Source of the DNA: Heterodontus francisci
Taxonomy: Eukaryota
Length of the DNA stretch: 64,000 nt
Reading direction: 5' to 3'
NCBI RefSeq assembly: GCF_036365525.1
Contig: NW_027140807.1
Location: forward strand, 1,612,001 to 1,676,000
The position numbers were made by a program, and so were the translations under genes. This document shows positions 1-12,470 of this stretch, piece by piece; the first letter of the stretch is position 1; each line of letters begins with the position of its first letter. A model generated the notes under the pieces. That model did not search any database and was not told where the DNA came from. It saw only the letters and a program-made list of their open reading frames with translations.

Positions 1-620
1 GATGGCGAGAGGGGGAAAGAGGGGGATGGAGAGAGGGATGGAGAAAGAGCAATGGAGAGAGGGAGCGACAGGAAGTTATTGATCATTCCTGATCTCATTG
101 AAGGTCGGAGTTTTTCCGAGGTGATGAATGGTCTCCTTGTGTTCCCAGGTCACTGTTAAAGTGTGTTGCAGACTCTGATGTTTATCATGGTCCTACAGTG
201 CACTCTGCTGTCCCTTTGGAGAAAGGAAACACGTGANNNNNNNNNNNNNNNNNNNNNNNNNNNNNNNNNNNNNNNNNNNNNNNNNNNNNNNNNNNNNNNN
301 NNNNNNNNNNNNNNNNNNNNNNNNNNNNNNNNNNNNNNNNNNNNNNNNNNNNNNNNNNNNNNNNNNNNNNNNNNNNNNNNNCAGTCTTCTCCTTTCTGGA
401 GCAAAGATCCCCCAATGTTCAAATTAATCTTCATAACTTTAACCTCTGTGTTCATGTTAAGTGTATTTCGCAATTTCCCTGTTCTTCTTTCTAACCTGCG
501 ACCTTCTATTTAAATCCACCCTGTCTTCTTGCGGAAAACATGATCCCAATGATAAAAACACCCAACAGGACGCAGCACCGCCTGGTTTTATCTAAAACAG
601 GTGTTTCCTGCTGCCTTTGG

Positions 621-659
621 GGTTTTTATTGAACTGTTCCAATTCTCTGAGTCAGTGTG
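621..659 (-). other. 23-RSS of V1 (CACACTG-23-ATAAAAACC)
   Basis: Heptamer 653-659, 23-bp spacer, nonamer 621-629. Confidence 0.85.
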
Positions 660-1101
660 AAGTCTCCAGGCTCAGAAATACACGGCCGAGTGATTCTCCC
701 GCAGGCTGGAGGTCTCCAGATTGAACTGGGAGTCAGTCGGTCTCTCGGCGGTGAAACCGCCCACTGTCCCCTCTGGATCCACATAGTTAACAGTACTGGA
801 GTAAAACATCAACAGCGGCTCCTTCCCCGGGTATTGTCTGTACCAGTACATGGAGAGGTTACTGCTGCTCCCCTCCACGGTGCACCTCAGTTCCACTCAT
901 TTCTCGGGAAACCTGGAGACTGCGGCGGGAGTCTGGTGGATAGTCTGTGAGTTGACATCTGGGAGAGAGATGGAGAGAGGAGGAGATCAGTAAACAGGGA
1001 ACTTCTGGGAATGGAAGGGAGACAGGGAGAAGACAGGAAGGTTCTGAAGGATAATCTTTGTATCCTTGAACCAGGATTATCAGAGCCAGGAACAGATACA
1101 T
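660..1101 (-). pseudogene. TRBV: V1: TCR beta V pseudogene (TRBV30-like family A)
   Basis: Leader MYLFLALIILVQ starts at 1101, but its GTAAGT donor is deleted relative to V2. V exon 958-660 has TGA in FR1 (~898-900) and Cys104 TGT>TGA (VYF*AWRL). RSS at 621-659. Confidence 0.9.
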
Positions 1102-1337
1102 CTCCCACTTGACACTGCCCTCTCAAACAGCAAAGGAAGTGGAACAGAGGAAATCAGTTCTGTGACTAACCAATCCGCTCTTTACAAGTCATTGAGTAAA
1201 ACATGAAGGGCATGAGGAAGTAATGCAGTGTTGGACACGCCCCCTTCCAGCACCCAACCAATCAGAATGGACGTGGTTGCTTATGATGGTTGAGTGACTG
1301 GATTAAGTGTTGTTAACATCCCCAACAAGAGTGTCTG

Positions 1338-4300
1338 TTAGATCGGAGTCTGTTCCCTGTGGGGTATTTAGATAGGAGTCTGTTCCCGGGGGGGGGGGGG
1401 TGTTTAGATAGGAGTCTGTTCCGGGGGTGGGGGGGGGCGGTATTTAGATAGGAGTCTGTTCCCGGGGGGGGTATTTAGATAGGAGTCTGTTCCGGGGGTG
1501 GGGGGGGGGTATTTAGATAGGAGTCTGTTCCCGGGGGGGGGGGGTATTTAGATAGGAGTCTGTTCTGGGGGTGGGGGGGGCGGTATTTAGATAGGACTCT
1601 GTTCCCGGGGGGGGTATTTAGATGGGGGTCTGTTCCCGGGGCCCGGGGGGGGTGGTATTTAGATAGGAGTCTGTTCCCGGGGGGGTATTTAGATAGGAGT
1701 CTGTTCCCGGTGGGGGTATTTAGATAGGAGTCTGTTCCCGGGTGGGGGTATTTAGATAGGAGTCTGTTGTGGGGTATTTAGATAGGAGTCTGTTCCTCGG
1801 GGGGGGGGGGGGTATTTAGATAGGAGTCTGTTGTGGGGTATTTAGATAGGAGTCTGTTCCCGGGGGGGTATTTAGATAGGAGTCTGTTCCCGGGGGGGGT
1901 ATTTAGATAGGAGTCTGTTGTGGGGTATTTAGATAGGAGTCTGTTCCTCGGGCGTGGTGGGGTATTTAGATAGGAGTCTGTTCCCAGTGGGGTATTTAGA
2001 TAGGAGTCTGTTGTGGGGTATTTAGATAGGAGTCTGTTCCTCGGGCGTGGTGGGGTATTTAGATGGGAGTCTGTTCCTCGGGCGTGGTGGGGTATTTAGA
2101 TGGGAGTCTGTTCCTGGGGGGGGGGGGTATTTAGATGGGGGTCTGTTCCCGGGGCCCGGGGGGGTATTTAGATAGGAGTCTGTTCCCGGGGGGGTATTTA
2201 GATAGGAGTCTGTTCCCTGTGGGGTATTTAGATAGGAGTCTGTTGTGGGGTATTTAGATAGGAGTCTGATCCTCGGGGGTGGTGGGGTATTTAGATAGGA
2301 GGCTGTTCCTGGGGGGGTATTTAGACAGGAGTCTGTTCCCGGGGGGGGGGGGGTGTTTCGATAGGAGTCTGTTCCGGGGGGGGGGGTATTTAGATAGGAG
2401 TCTGTTCCCTGTGGGGTATTTAGATAGGATCCTGTTCCGGGGGTGGGGGGGGGGGTATTTAGATAGGAGTCTGTTCCCGGGGGGGGGGGTATTTAGATAG
2501 GAGTCTGTTCCGGGGGAGGGGGGGCGGTATTTAGATAGGAGTCTGTTCCTGGGGGGGGGGGTATTTAGATGGGGGTCTGTTCCCGGGGCCCGGGGGGGGG
2601 GTGGTATTTAGATAGGAGTCTGTTCCCGGGGGGGGTATTTAGATAGGAGTCTGTTCCCGGTGGGGTATTTAGATAGGAGTCTGTTCCCGGGGGGGGGGTA
2701 TTTAGATAGGAGTCTGTTGTGGGGTATTTAGATAGGAGTCTGTTCCTCGGGGGTGGTGGGGTATTTAGATAGGAGGCTGTTCCTGGGGGAGGTATTTAGT
2801 TAGGAGTCTGTTCCTGGGGGAGGTATTTAGATGGGAGTCTGTTCCTGGGGGAGGTATTTAGATGGGAGTCTGTTTCTCGGGCGTGGTGGGGTATTTAGAT
2901 AGGAGTCTGTTCCTGGGGGGGGTATTTGGATGGGGTCTGTTCCCGGGGCCCGGGGGGGGGGGAAGTTAGATAGGAGTCTGTTCCCGGTGGGGTATTTAGA
3001 TAGGAGTCTGTTCCCGGGGGGGTATTTAGATAGGAGTCTGTTCCCGGTGGGGTATTTAGATAGGAGTCTGTTCCCGGGGGGGGAGTATTTAGATAGGAGT
3101 CTGTTCCCCTTGGGGTATTTAGATAGGAGTCTGTTGTGGGGTATTTAGATAGGAGTCTGTTCCTCGGGGGTGGTGGGGTATTTAGATAGGAGGCTGTTCC
3201 TGGGGGGAGGGTATTTAGATGGGGGTCTGTTCCCGGGGCCCGGGGGGGGGGGTATTTAGATAGGAGTCTGTTCCCGGGGGGGGGGGTATTTAGATAGGAG
3301 TCTGTTCCCGGTGGGGTATTTAGATAGGAGTCTGTTGTGGGGTATTTAGATAGGAGGCTGTTCCTGGGGGGGGTATTTAGATGGGGGTCTGTTCCCGGGG
3401 CCCGGGGGGGGTATTCAGATAGGAGTCTGTTCCTGGGGGGGGTATTTAGATGGGGGTCTGTTCCCGGGGCCCGGGGGTGGGGGTGGTATTTAGATAGGAG
3501 TCTGTTCCCGGGGGGGGGGGGGGTATTTAGATAGGTGTCTGTTCCCGGTGGGGTATTTAGATAGGAGTCTGTTCCCGGGGGGGGGGGGTATTTAGATAGG
3601 AGTCTGTTGTGGGGTATTTAGATAGGAGTCTGTTCCTCGGGGGTGGTGGGGTATTTAGATAGGAGGCTGTTCCTGGGGAGGTATTTAGATAGGAGTCTGT
3701 TCCTGGGGGAGGTATTTAGATGGGAGTCTGTTCCTCGGGGGTGGTGGGGTATTTAGATAGGAGGCTGTTCCTCGGGGGTGGTGGGGTATTTAGATAGGAG
3801 GCTGTTCCTGGGGGTGGGTATTTAGATGGGGGTCTGTTCCCGGGGCCCGGTGGGGGGGGTATTTAGATAGGAGTCTGTTCCCGGTGGGGTATTTAGATAG
3901 GAGTCTGTTGTGGGGTATTTAGATAGGAGTCTGTTCCTCGGGGGTGGTGGGGTATTTAGATAGGAGTCTGTTCCTGGGGGAGGGGGGTATTTAGATGGGG
4001 GTCTGTTCCCGGGGCCCGGGGGGGGTATTTAGAAAGGAGTCTGTTCCAGGGGGGGTATTTAGATGGGGGTCTGTTCCCGGGGCACGGGGGGGGGGGTATT
4101 TAGATAGGAGTCTGTTCCTGGGGGGGTATTTATATGGGGGTCTGTTCCCGTGGCCCGGGGGGGGTATTTAGATAGGAGTCTGTTCCCTGTGGGGTATTTA
4201 GATAGGATCCTGTTCCGGGGGTGGGGGGGTATTTAGATAGGAGTCTGTTCCTGGGGGGGGGGGGGTATTTAGATAGGAGTCTGTTCCTGGGGGAGGTATT

Positions 4301-5570
4301 TAGATGGGAGTCTGTTCCTCGGGGGTGGTGGGGTATTTAGATAGGAGGCTGTTCCTCGGGGGTGGTGGGGTATTTAGATAGGAGGCTGTTCCTGGGGGGG
4401 GTATTTAGATGGGGGTCTGTTCCCGGGGCCCGGGGGGGGTATTTGGATAGGAGTCTGTTCCCGGGGGGGGTATTTAGATAGGAGTCTGTTCCCGGTGGGG
4501 TATTTAGATAGGAGTCTGTTGTGGGGTATTTAGATAGGAGTCTGTTCCTGGGGGGGGGGGGGTATTTAGATGGGGGTCTGTTCCCGGGGCCCGGTGGGGG
4601 GTATTTAGGTAGGAGTCTGTTCCTGGGGGGGTATTTAGATGGGGGTCTGTTCCCGGGGCCCGGGGGGGGTATTTAGATAGGAGTCTGTTCCTGGGGGGGG
4701 TATTTAGATGGGGGTCCGTTCCCGGGGCCCGGGGGGGGGTATTTAGATAGGAGTCTGTTCCCTGTGGGGTATTTAGATAGGATCCTGTTCCGGGGGTGGG
4801 GGGGGGGTATTTAGATAGGAGTCTGTTCCCGGGGGGGGGGGGGTATTTAGATAGGAGTCTGTTCCGGGGGTGGGGGGGCGGTATTTAGATAGGAGTCTGT
4901 TCCTGGGGGGGGTATTTAGATGGGGGTCTGTTCCCGGGGCCCGGGGGGCGGGGTGGTATTTAGATAGGAGTCTGTTCCCGGGGGGGGGTATTTAGATAGG
5001 AGTCTGTTCCCGGTGGGGTATTTAGATAGGAGTCGGTTCCCGGGGGGGGTATTTAGATAGGAGTCTGTTGTGGGGTATTTAGATAGGAGTCTGTTCCTCG
5101 GGGGTGGTGGGGTATTTAGATAGGAGGCTGTTCCTGGGGGAGGTATTTAGATAGGAGTCTGTTCCTGGGGGAGGTATTTAGATGGGAGTCTGTTCCTGGG
5201 GGAGGTATTTAGATGGGAGTCTGTTCCTCGGGCGTGGTGGGGTATTTAGATAGGAGTCTGTTCCTGGGGGGGGTATTTAGATGGGGGTCTGTTCCCGGGG
5301 CCCGGGGGGGGGGTATTTAGATAGGAGTCTGTTCCCGGGGGGGGGGGGTTATTTAGATAGGACTCTGTTCCCGGTGGGGTATTTACATAGGAGTCTGTTG
5401 TGGGGTATTTAGATAGGAGTCTGTTCCTCGGGGGTGGTGGGGTATTTAGATAGGAGGCTGTTCCTGGGGGGGGGGGTATTTAGATGGGGGTCTGTTCCCG
5501 GGGGGGGGAGGTATTTAGATAGGAGTCTGTTCCTGGGTGGGGTATTTAGATAGGATCCTGTTCCGGGGAT
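1338..5570. repeat. ~4.2 kb G-rich minisatellite, unit ~GGGGTATTTAGATAGGAGTCTGTTCCC(G)n, ~26-40 bp
   Basis: Over 100 tandem variants of the unit are directly visible. Confidence 0.97.
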
Positions 5571-6200
5571 AGATAACCAGTTAGAGAGATATACAGATAG
5601 AGAGACAGAGAGATAGATAACCAGGTAAGAGATAGATAGATCCAGAGACAGAGTGATAGGTAACCAGGTAGAGAGATAGATAGATAGAGAGACAGAGTGA
5701 TAGATAACCAGTTAGAGAGATATATAGATAGAGAGACAGAGTGATAGGTAACCAGTTAGAGAGATATATAGATAGAGAGACAGAGAGATAGGTAACCAGG
5801 TAGAGAGATATATAGATAGAGAGACAGAGTGATAGATAACCAGGTAGAGAGATATATAGATAGAGAGACAGAGAGATAGATAACCAGTTAGAGAGATATA
5901 TAGATAGAGAGACAGAGTGATAGATAACCAGTTAGAGAGATATATAGATCGAGAGACAGAGTGATAGATAACCAGTTAGAGAGATATTTCGATAGAGAGA
6001 CAGAGAGATAGATAACCAGGTAGAGAGATATATAGATAGAGAGACAGAGAGATAGATAACCAGTTAGAGAGATATATAGATAGAGAGACAGAGAGATAGA
6101 TAACCAGGTAGAGAGATATATAGATAGAGAGACAGAGAGATAGATAACCAGTTAGAGAGATATATAGATAGAGAGACAGAGAGATAGATAACCAGTTAGA
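5570..6200. repeat. ~44-bp tandem repeat GATAGATAACCAG(T/G)TAGAGAGATATATAGATAGAGAGACAGAGA
   Basis: Direct tandem copies. Confidence 0.93.
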
Positions 6201-7149
6201 GAGATGGATAGATAGAGAGACAGTCAGGTAGACAGGTAGATACAGAGAGAGAGAGGTAGATCGAGGGAAACTCAGATAGGTAGAGAAATAGCAAGCTGGA
6301 TAGAGAGACAGTCAGGTAGACAGATAGATATAGAGAGAGGTTGAGAAATAGAGAGATAGAGGGAAATTCAGAGAGGTAGAGAAATAACGAGCCAGACAGA
6401 GAGACAGTCACTGCCCCTGCAAAAGACAGGGATGTTAATTGGCATTCTCTCATTTTACACCAGCTTGGTAACTAGAATGAGGTAGAGGGATGGAGGGAGA
6501 GGGAAAGAGAGGGAGGGAGAGAGAGGAATGGAGGGAGACTGTTGGAGAGAGGGAGAGAGAGAGATGGAGAGAGTGAGAGAGAGGGATGGAGAGAGGGAGC
6601 GACAGGAAGTTATTGATCAGTCATGATCTCCTTGAAGGGCGGTGTGTTTCCGAGGTGATGAATGTTCTCCTTGTGTTCCCAGGTCACTGTTAAAGTGTGT
6701 TCCAGACTCTGATGTTTATCATGGTCCTACAGCGCACTCCGCTGTCCCTTTGGAGAAAAAAAACACAGTGACATAAAACGACAACGTATGTATCTATCTC
6801 TCTATCTATCGATCTCTCTATCTATCTGTATTTATCTGATCTTCATTTCACATATTAAAATCTTTAATAATCTCTCTAAGAACGCTGAATGTTTACCCTT
6901 CAGTTTCTCCTTTCTGGAGCAAAGATCCCCTGATGTTCAAACTGTCTTGATAACTTTAACCTCTGTGTTCTGATATCATTCCTGTGAAGTCGATTTCACA
7001 ATTCTCATGTGTTTCCATATCTAACCTGTTACTTTCTATTGAAATCCGCCTGTCTTCTTGTGAAAAACATGTTCCCAATGATAAAAACACCCAACAGGAT
7101 GCAGCACCGCCTGATTTTATCTGAAACAGGTATTTCCTGCTGCCTTTGG

Positions 7150-7188
7150 GGTTTTTGTTGAACTGCACCATCTCTCTGAGTCAGTCTG
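7150..7188 (-). other. 23-RSS of V2, non-canonical heptamer CAGACTG, nonamer ACAAAAACC
   Basis: Heptamer 7182-7188, 23-bp spacer, nonamer 7150-7158. Confidence 0.85.
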
Positions 7189-7640
7189 AAGACTCCAGGC
7201 ACAGAAATACACGGCCGAGTGATTCTCCCGAAGGCTGGAGGACTCCAGGTTGAACTGGGAATCAGTCTGTCTCTCGGCGGTGAAACCATCCACTGTCCCC
7301 TCTGGATCCACATAGTTAGCAGTATTGGAGTAAAACATCAACAGCGGCTCGTTCCCCGGGTATTGTCTGTACCAGTACATGTTGAGGTTACTGCTGCTCC
7401 CCTCCACAGTGCACATCAGTTCCACTCCTTTCCCGGGAAATCTGGAGACAGCGGCGGGAATCTGGTGGATAGTCTGTGAGTTCACATCTGGGAGAGAGAT
7501 GGAGAGAGGAGGAGATCAGTAAACAGGGAATTTCTGGGAATGAAAGAAAGACAGGGAGAGGAGAGGAAGGTTCTGACTGATAATCTTTGTATTTGGCACT
7601 TACGTTGAACCAGGATTATCAGAGCCAGGAACAGATACAT
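7189..7640 (-). CDS. TRBV: V2: TCR beta V segment (family A), open reading frame but defective RSS heptamer
   Basis: Leader 7640-7604 (MYLFLALIILVQ, GTAAGT donor). V exon 7487-7189: SQTIHQIP...C...WYRQYPG...YFCAWSL. Confidence 0.88.
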
Positions 7641-8511
7641 CTCCCACTTGACACTGCCCTGTCAAACAGCAAAGGCAGTGGAACAGATGAGATCAGTTCT
7701 GTGGCTAACCAATCCGCTCCTGACAAATCATTGAGTAAGACATGAAGGGCATGAAGACGTGATGCAGTGTTGGACACGCCCCCTTCCACCACCCAACCAA
7801 TCAGAATGGACGTGGTTGCTTATGATGGCTGAGTGACTGGATTAAGTGTTGTTAACATCCTCAACAAGGGTGTCTGTTGTTCAGTTCCTAACTTATTGAT
7901 TAGAAATCTCCAACTGTTCATATCCAGATTCCAAATGAACCTCATCGGCATTCCCAAATTAGCCACATGTAGATTCCCAATGATAGACATCTGGATTCCA
8001 AATGATCTGCTCCTGTGGAGGATGTATTCGTGTGTTGCTAATTTAACTAGACTCCTCATCCACAGCCTCAGCTAGTGTTTTCGTAACGTGAGGGTGAATC
8101 CCACCAATACAGATCATGAAATTGCAGCAATCCATTTAGTTCACTGATGTCCATTAGGGATGGAAATCTGCCTCCTTCACCTGGTCTGGCCTACTTGTGA
8201 CTCCAGATCCACACATTGTGGTTGACTCTTAAAAGCCCTCTGCAATGACCAAGCAAGTCATCCAGTTCAAGGGCTATTAGGAATGGGCAATAAATGCTGG
8301 CCTCGCTGGCGAGGCCCACATCTCATGAACGAATTAAGAAAAACAGGCCGATGTTGATTCACAAATAGTCAGCTGGGAGTCCTGGCAATCATTTCCTGCA
8401 ACACTGGCCAAAGGGAAGTAGGTTCAACAATATCTGGGTCACACTGGGCTGCTGATCTATTCGACAGCTCGGTCTGTGCTCATTACTGGGCCCATAACCA
8501 TCAGGGTGGCT

Positions 8512-8690
8512 CAAATCTACTGCTGCCACCTGCTGGCGGAAAATGAGCACTGAGATTCAATCTACTGCTGCCACCTGCTGGCGACAAATGAGCACTGAGA
8601 TTCATTCTCTGCTGCCCCCTGCCGGGGGAGGATGAGCACAGAGATTCAATCTACTGCTGCCCCCTGTCGGTGGAAGATGAGCACTGAACT
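8512..8690 (-). promoter_or_regulatory. Four tandem ~44-bp units each carrying a CTCF-like motif (e.g. CCGCCAGCAGGTGGCAGCA)
   Basis: Match by eye to CTCF core CCASYAGRKGGCRS; lies immediately 3' of the V3 RSS. Confidence 0.65.
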
Positions 8691-8707
8691 CCCGTTCATC
8701 CGCTGCA

Positions 8708-8746
8708 GGTTTTTGCAGCTGCGGATCCGCTTTCTCAAACACTGTG
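8708..8746 (-). other. 23-RSS of V3 (CACAGTG-23-GCAAAAACC)
   Basis: Heptamer 8740-8746, nonamer 8708-8716. Confidence 0.93.
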
Positions 8747-9612
8747 CGATACTGCAAGCGCAGAAATAGACAGCGGTGTGAGATGGAGTGGCGTCTCACA
8801 GTGCCAAAGTAAACAGTGTATTGCTGGCTCTGTCTGCCTTAAATGACTCAGACGTGTAATTGGTAACAGACCCTTCTGTAGCAGAAAAGAACAGAGCTTC
8901 CAGTGCCCTGTCTGCTTGTTGTCTGTACCAGTACATATAGGAATAGGCAGTATTGGTCAGCGTGCATCTGAGTGTTGTCGACTCTCCTGCTGCAATCGAT
9001 AGGATAGAGGGCGACTGTTCCACATAGGAGGCGAGTATTCCTGTGGATGGAACATCGATTAGATTATCATTTCAGTCAATAATGGAATGGAGCAGGGGTT
9101 GCATTGCAAGAAAAAAAGGGCTTACATTGATATAGCGCCATTCAGGACCTCAGGACATCAGAAAGGGCTTTGCAACCAATGTAGTTACTCCCTCAGTACA
9201 GCCTCTGCGACAGTGCAGCACCCACTAAGTACTGCCTCTGTGACAGTGCTGCACTCCCTCAGTACTGCCTCTGCGACAGTGCAGCACACCCTCAGTACTG
9301 CCTCTGTGACAGTGCAGCACACCCTCAGTACAGCCTTTGCGACAGTGCAGCACTCCCTCAGTACTGCCTCTGCGACAGTGCAGCACTTCCCCAGTACTGC
9401 CTCTGCGACAGTGCAGCACTCCCTCAGTCCTGACACGTGGTTTGTCAGCCTTGACATTGAGCTCAAATGTTCTGGAGTGAGACTCAGACACAGGAGTGTT
9501 CCGGACAGAATCACCCCTAACATTACAATACATTATTCGACACTGTTTCTGACTTTGACTTACGTGGGAACAGGGCAGGCATCAAGATTGGACAGAGGAC
9601 TTCATGCAACAT
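8747..9612 (-). pseudogene. TRBV: V3: TCR beta V pseudogene (family B)
   Basis: Leader 9612-9564 (MLHEVLCPILMPALFP). V exon 9040-8747 has a single AGA>TGA stop at 8796-8798 relative to V4. RSS intact. Confidence 0.88.
9187..9430. repeat. 33-bp intronic minisatellite CAGTACTGCCTCTGCGACAGTGCAGCACTCCCT (~7 copies; ~3 copies in the V4 intron at 11468-11578)
   Basis: Direct tandem copies. Confidence 0.9.
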
Positions 9613-10988
9613 GATTTCTTCATTCGATACTAACGCGATGTGTGAACGTGTGGAGTTTTCAACAACACACTTGCAGGCGGTTTCTTTATTGTATCCAATC
9701 AAATACCCAGCATCCGGTTGTCATTGTTATTGGCAGTCACTTACTGTGACACTCTGCTCCTCCCCATTACTTTGCATAGCAATGTTGTAGAATGATACAA
9801 CACAGGAGGATAGGGGGAGATTGAATAGAGGTGTTCACATTTCAGAAAGGGCTTTGATAGAGTAGAATTCAGGGAAACGCCCCTCTACACCCAGAGAATG
9901 TGCCCATCCCTTATTGCCCCTGAGAAGGTGATGGTGAACCATCTTCGGGAATACCTGCTGGGCCATATCAGAGGGCAGTTAATAGTCAACCACATTGCTG
10001 TGGGTCTGGAGTCACATATAGGCCAGACCGGGTAGGAATGGCGGATTTCCTTCCCTGAAGGTAATCAATGAAGACGCTGGGTTTTTAAGACACTCCATGT
10101 TCAGGATTACTCATACTTTCCATGACAGATTTTTATTTATTTAATTAATTGAATTTAAATTGCATTTCTGCCAGTGTGGGAATTGAACTCAAGTCTGGGG
10201 ATCATTAGTCCAGGCCTCTGGATTACTAGCCCAGTAACATAACTGCTCTGCTGCCGAACCTCCGTGGTGAATGGGAGTTAAATGGTTAAATTGTTCACTG
10301 GTCTGAACTGCTAGTTTCTTTGAAGAACACATTAAATGTGACTCGAGTCTGAGGTGAAAGTGGGTAAAGAGTTTTCAGCAGCTTCTGAACTCGCTGTCAG
10401 GAGGCAGGTGTCCCAGAGATGAAGGTATCTGGAGAGGGGTTTCGACTTTGAACAGTGTGAAACAGCGCTCAGATGGTTCAGGGTTCTGCGCTGAGTTAGT
10501 TTCTGTGCATTGGGGAGTTGTTCACCTCTGTGTAGTGAAGGTTAGAGGGAGATTAACCAGACTTGTATCAGGGATGAGGGACTTCAGTTACTGTGGAGAG
10601 ACTGGAGAAGCTGGGGGTTTCTGCCCTTAGAACAGAGAAGGTTAATGGTAGATGTGATACAGATATTGAAGATCATAGAGGATTTTGATAGATAATTGAT
10701 GACAAATCACATCTTCTACTGGTCAATATATAGAAAATCTATGAAAAGATGGTCATTCATTACATTACTGCAGTATGTTTAATTAGTTCATACAAACTGT
10801 AATTACCTAAAGATAGATTTAGATAGATAGAGAGACAGAGAGATAGATAACCAGGTAAAGTGATAGATAGATAGAGAGACAGAGAGATAAACAATCAGGT
10901 GGACAGATAGATATGAACAATAAGCTTCAATCTACTGCTGACCCCTGCCAGTTGAAGATGAGCACTGAACTCCCGTTCATCCGCTGCA

Positions 10989-11027
10989 GGTTTTTGCAGC
11001 TGCTGATCCGCTTTCTCAAACACTGTG
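10989..11027 (-). other. 23-RSS of V4 (CACAGTG-23-GCAAAAACC)
   Basis: Heptamer 11021-11027, nonamer 10989-10997. Confidence 0.93.
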
Positions 11028-11763
11028 CGATACTACAAGCGCAGAAATAGACAGCGGTGTGAGATGGAGCAGCGTCTCTCAGTGCCAAAGTAAACAGTGT
11101 ATTGCTGGCTCTGTCTGCCTTAAATGACTCGGACGTGTAATTGGTGACAGACCCTGTTCCAGCAGAATAGAACAGAGCTTCCAGTGCCCTGTCTGGTTGT
11201 TGTCTGTACCAGTACATTAATGTGTAGCCAGTATTCTTCAGCGTGCATCTGAGTGTTGTCGACTCTCCTGCGGAAAGCGATAGGATAGAGGGTGACTGTT
11301 CCACATAGGAGGCGAGTATTCCTGTGGGACGGAACATCGATTAGATTATTATTTCAGTCAATAATGGATTGGAGCAGAGGCTGCATTACAAGAAAGAGAG
11401 GGCTTACATTAATATATCACCGTTCAGGACCTCAGGGCATCAGAAAGGGCTTTGCAACCAATGTAGTAACTCCCTCAGGACTGCCTCTGCGACAGTGCGG
11501 CACACCCGCAGTACTGCCTCTGCGACAGTGCAGCACACCCGCAGTACTGCCTCTGCGACAGTCCAGCACTCCCTCAGCCCTGACACCTGGGGTGTTAGTT
11601 TTGACTTTGAGCTCAAGTGTTCTGGAGTGAGACTCTGACACAGCAGTGTTATGGAACAGAATCACCGCTGACATTACAATACATTATTCGACACAGTTTC
11701 TGACTTTGACTTACGTGGGAAGAGTGCAGCCATCAAGATTAGACTGAGAACTTCATGCAACAT
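11028..11763 (-). CDS. TRBV: V4: apparently functional TCR beta V segment (family B)
   Basis: Leader 11763-11715 (MLHEVLSLILMAALFP). V exon 11321-11028: YVEQSP...LRC...WYRQQP...YFCACSI. No stops; canonical splice sites. Confidence 0.9.
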
Positions 11764-12184
11764 GATTTCTTCATTCGATCCGAACTCGATGTGTGAACGT
11801 GTGGTGTTTTCAACAACACACTTGCAGGCAGTTTCTATATTGTATCCAATTAAATACGCAGCATCCGGTTGTCATTGTGATTGGCAGTCACTTACTGCGA
11901 CACTCTGCTCCACCCCATTACTTTACGTAGCAATGTTGTAGAATGATACAACACAGGAGGATAGGGGGAGATTGAATAGAGGTGTTCACATTTCAGAAAG
12001 GGATTTGATAGAGTAGAATTCAGGGAAACAACCCTCTGGACCCAAAGAGTGTGCCCATCCCTTATTGCCCTTGAGAAGGTGGTGGTGAACCATCTTCGGG
12101 AATGCCTGCTGGGCAGTTAATAGTCAACAACATTGCTGTTGGTCTGGAGGCTCATATAGGCCAGACCGTGTAAGAACGGCATAT

Positions 12185-12470
12185 TTCACTATGTTCACTA
12201 TGGAGAAGGATGATGTAGGTGTAGATATCAGGGAGGGGGGTTGTGATATACTTGAACATATTTGCTTTTAAAGGGAGGAGTATTAGCTGTTTTAGAAGAC
12301 TTAACAGTGGATAAGACCGCAGCCCGGATGAGACATATCCCAGGCTGTTATGTGAGGCAAGGGAGGAGATTGCAGGGCCTCTGACACAAATTTTCAATTC
12401 CCCTCTGGCCACAGGAGTGGTCTCAGAGGACTGGAGGACAGCGAATTTGGTACCATTATTCAAGAAGGAC
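12185..12470 (+). mobile_element. CR1-like LINE ORF2 fragment
   Basis: Degenerate DK..GPD..YPRLL.EAREEIA...GVV.EDWR.AN.VPLFKK motif. Confidence 0.8.

Noticed and set aside
2279-3534. GYLDRSLFP repeat ORFs
   Set aside because: Minisatellite translation with constant frameshifts in the G-runs
1338-5570. CRISPR-like repeat/spacer appearance
   Set aside because: Eukaryotic DNA; the inter-repeat parts are G-runs rather than unique spacers; no cas genes
7406-7412. Plus-strand CACAGTG at the Cys23 region of family-A V exons as internal RSSs
   Set aside because: Arises from TGC ACT GTG codons; no nonamer at 12 or 23 bp
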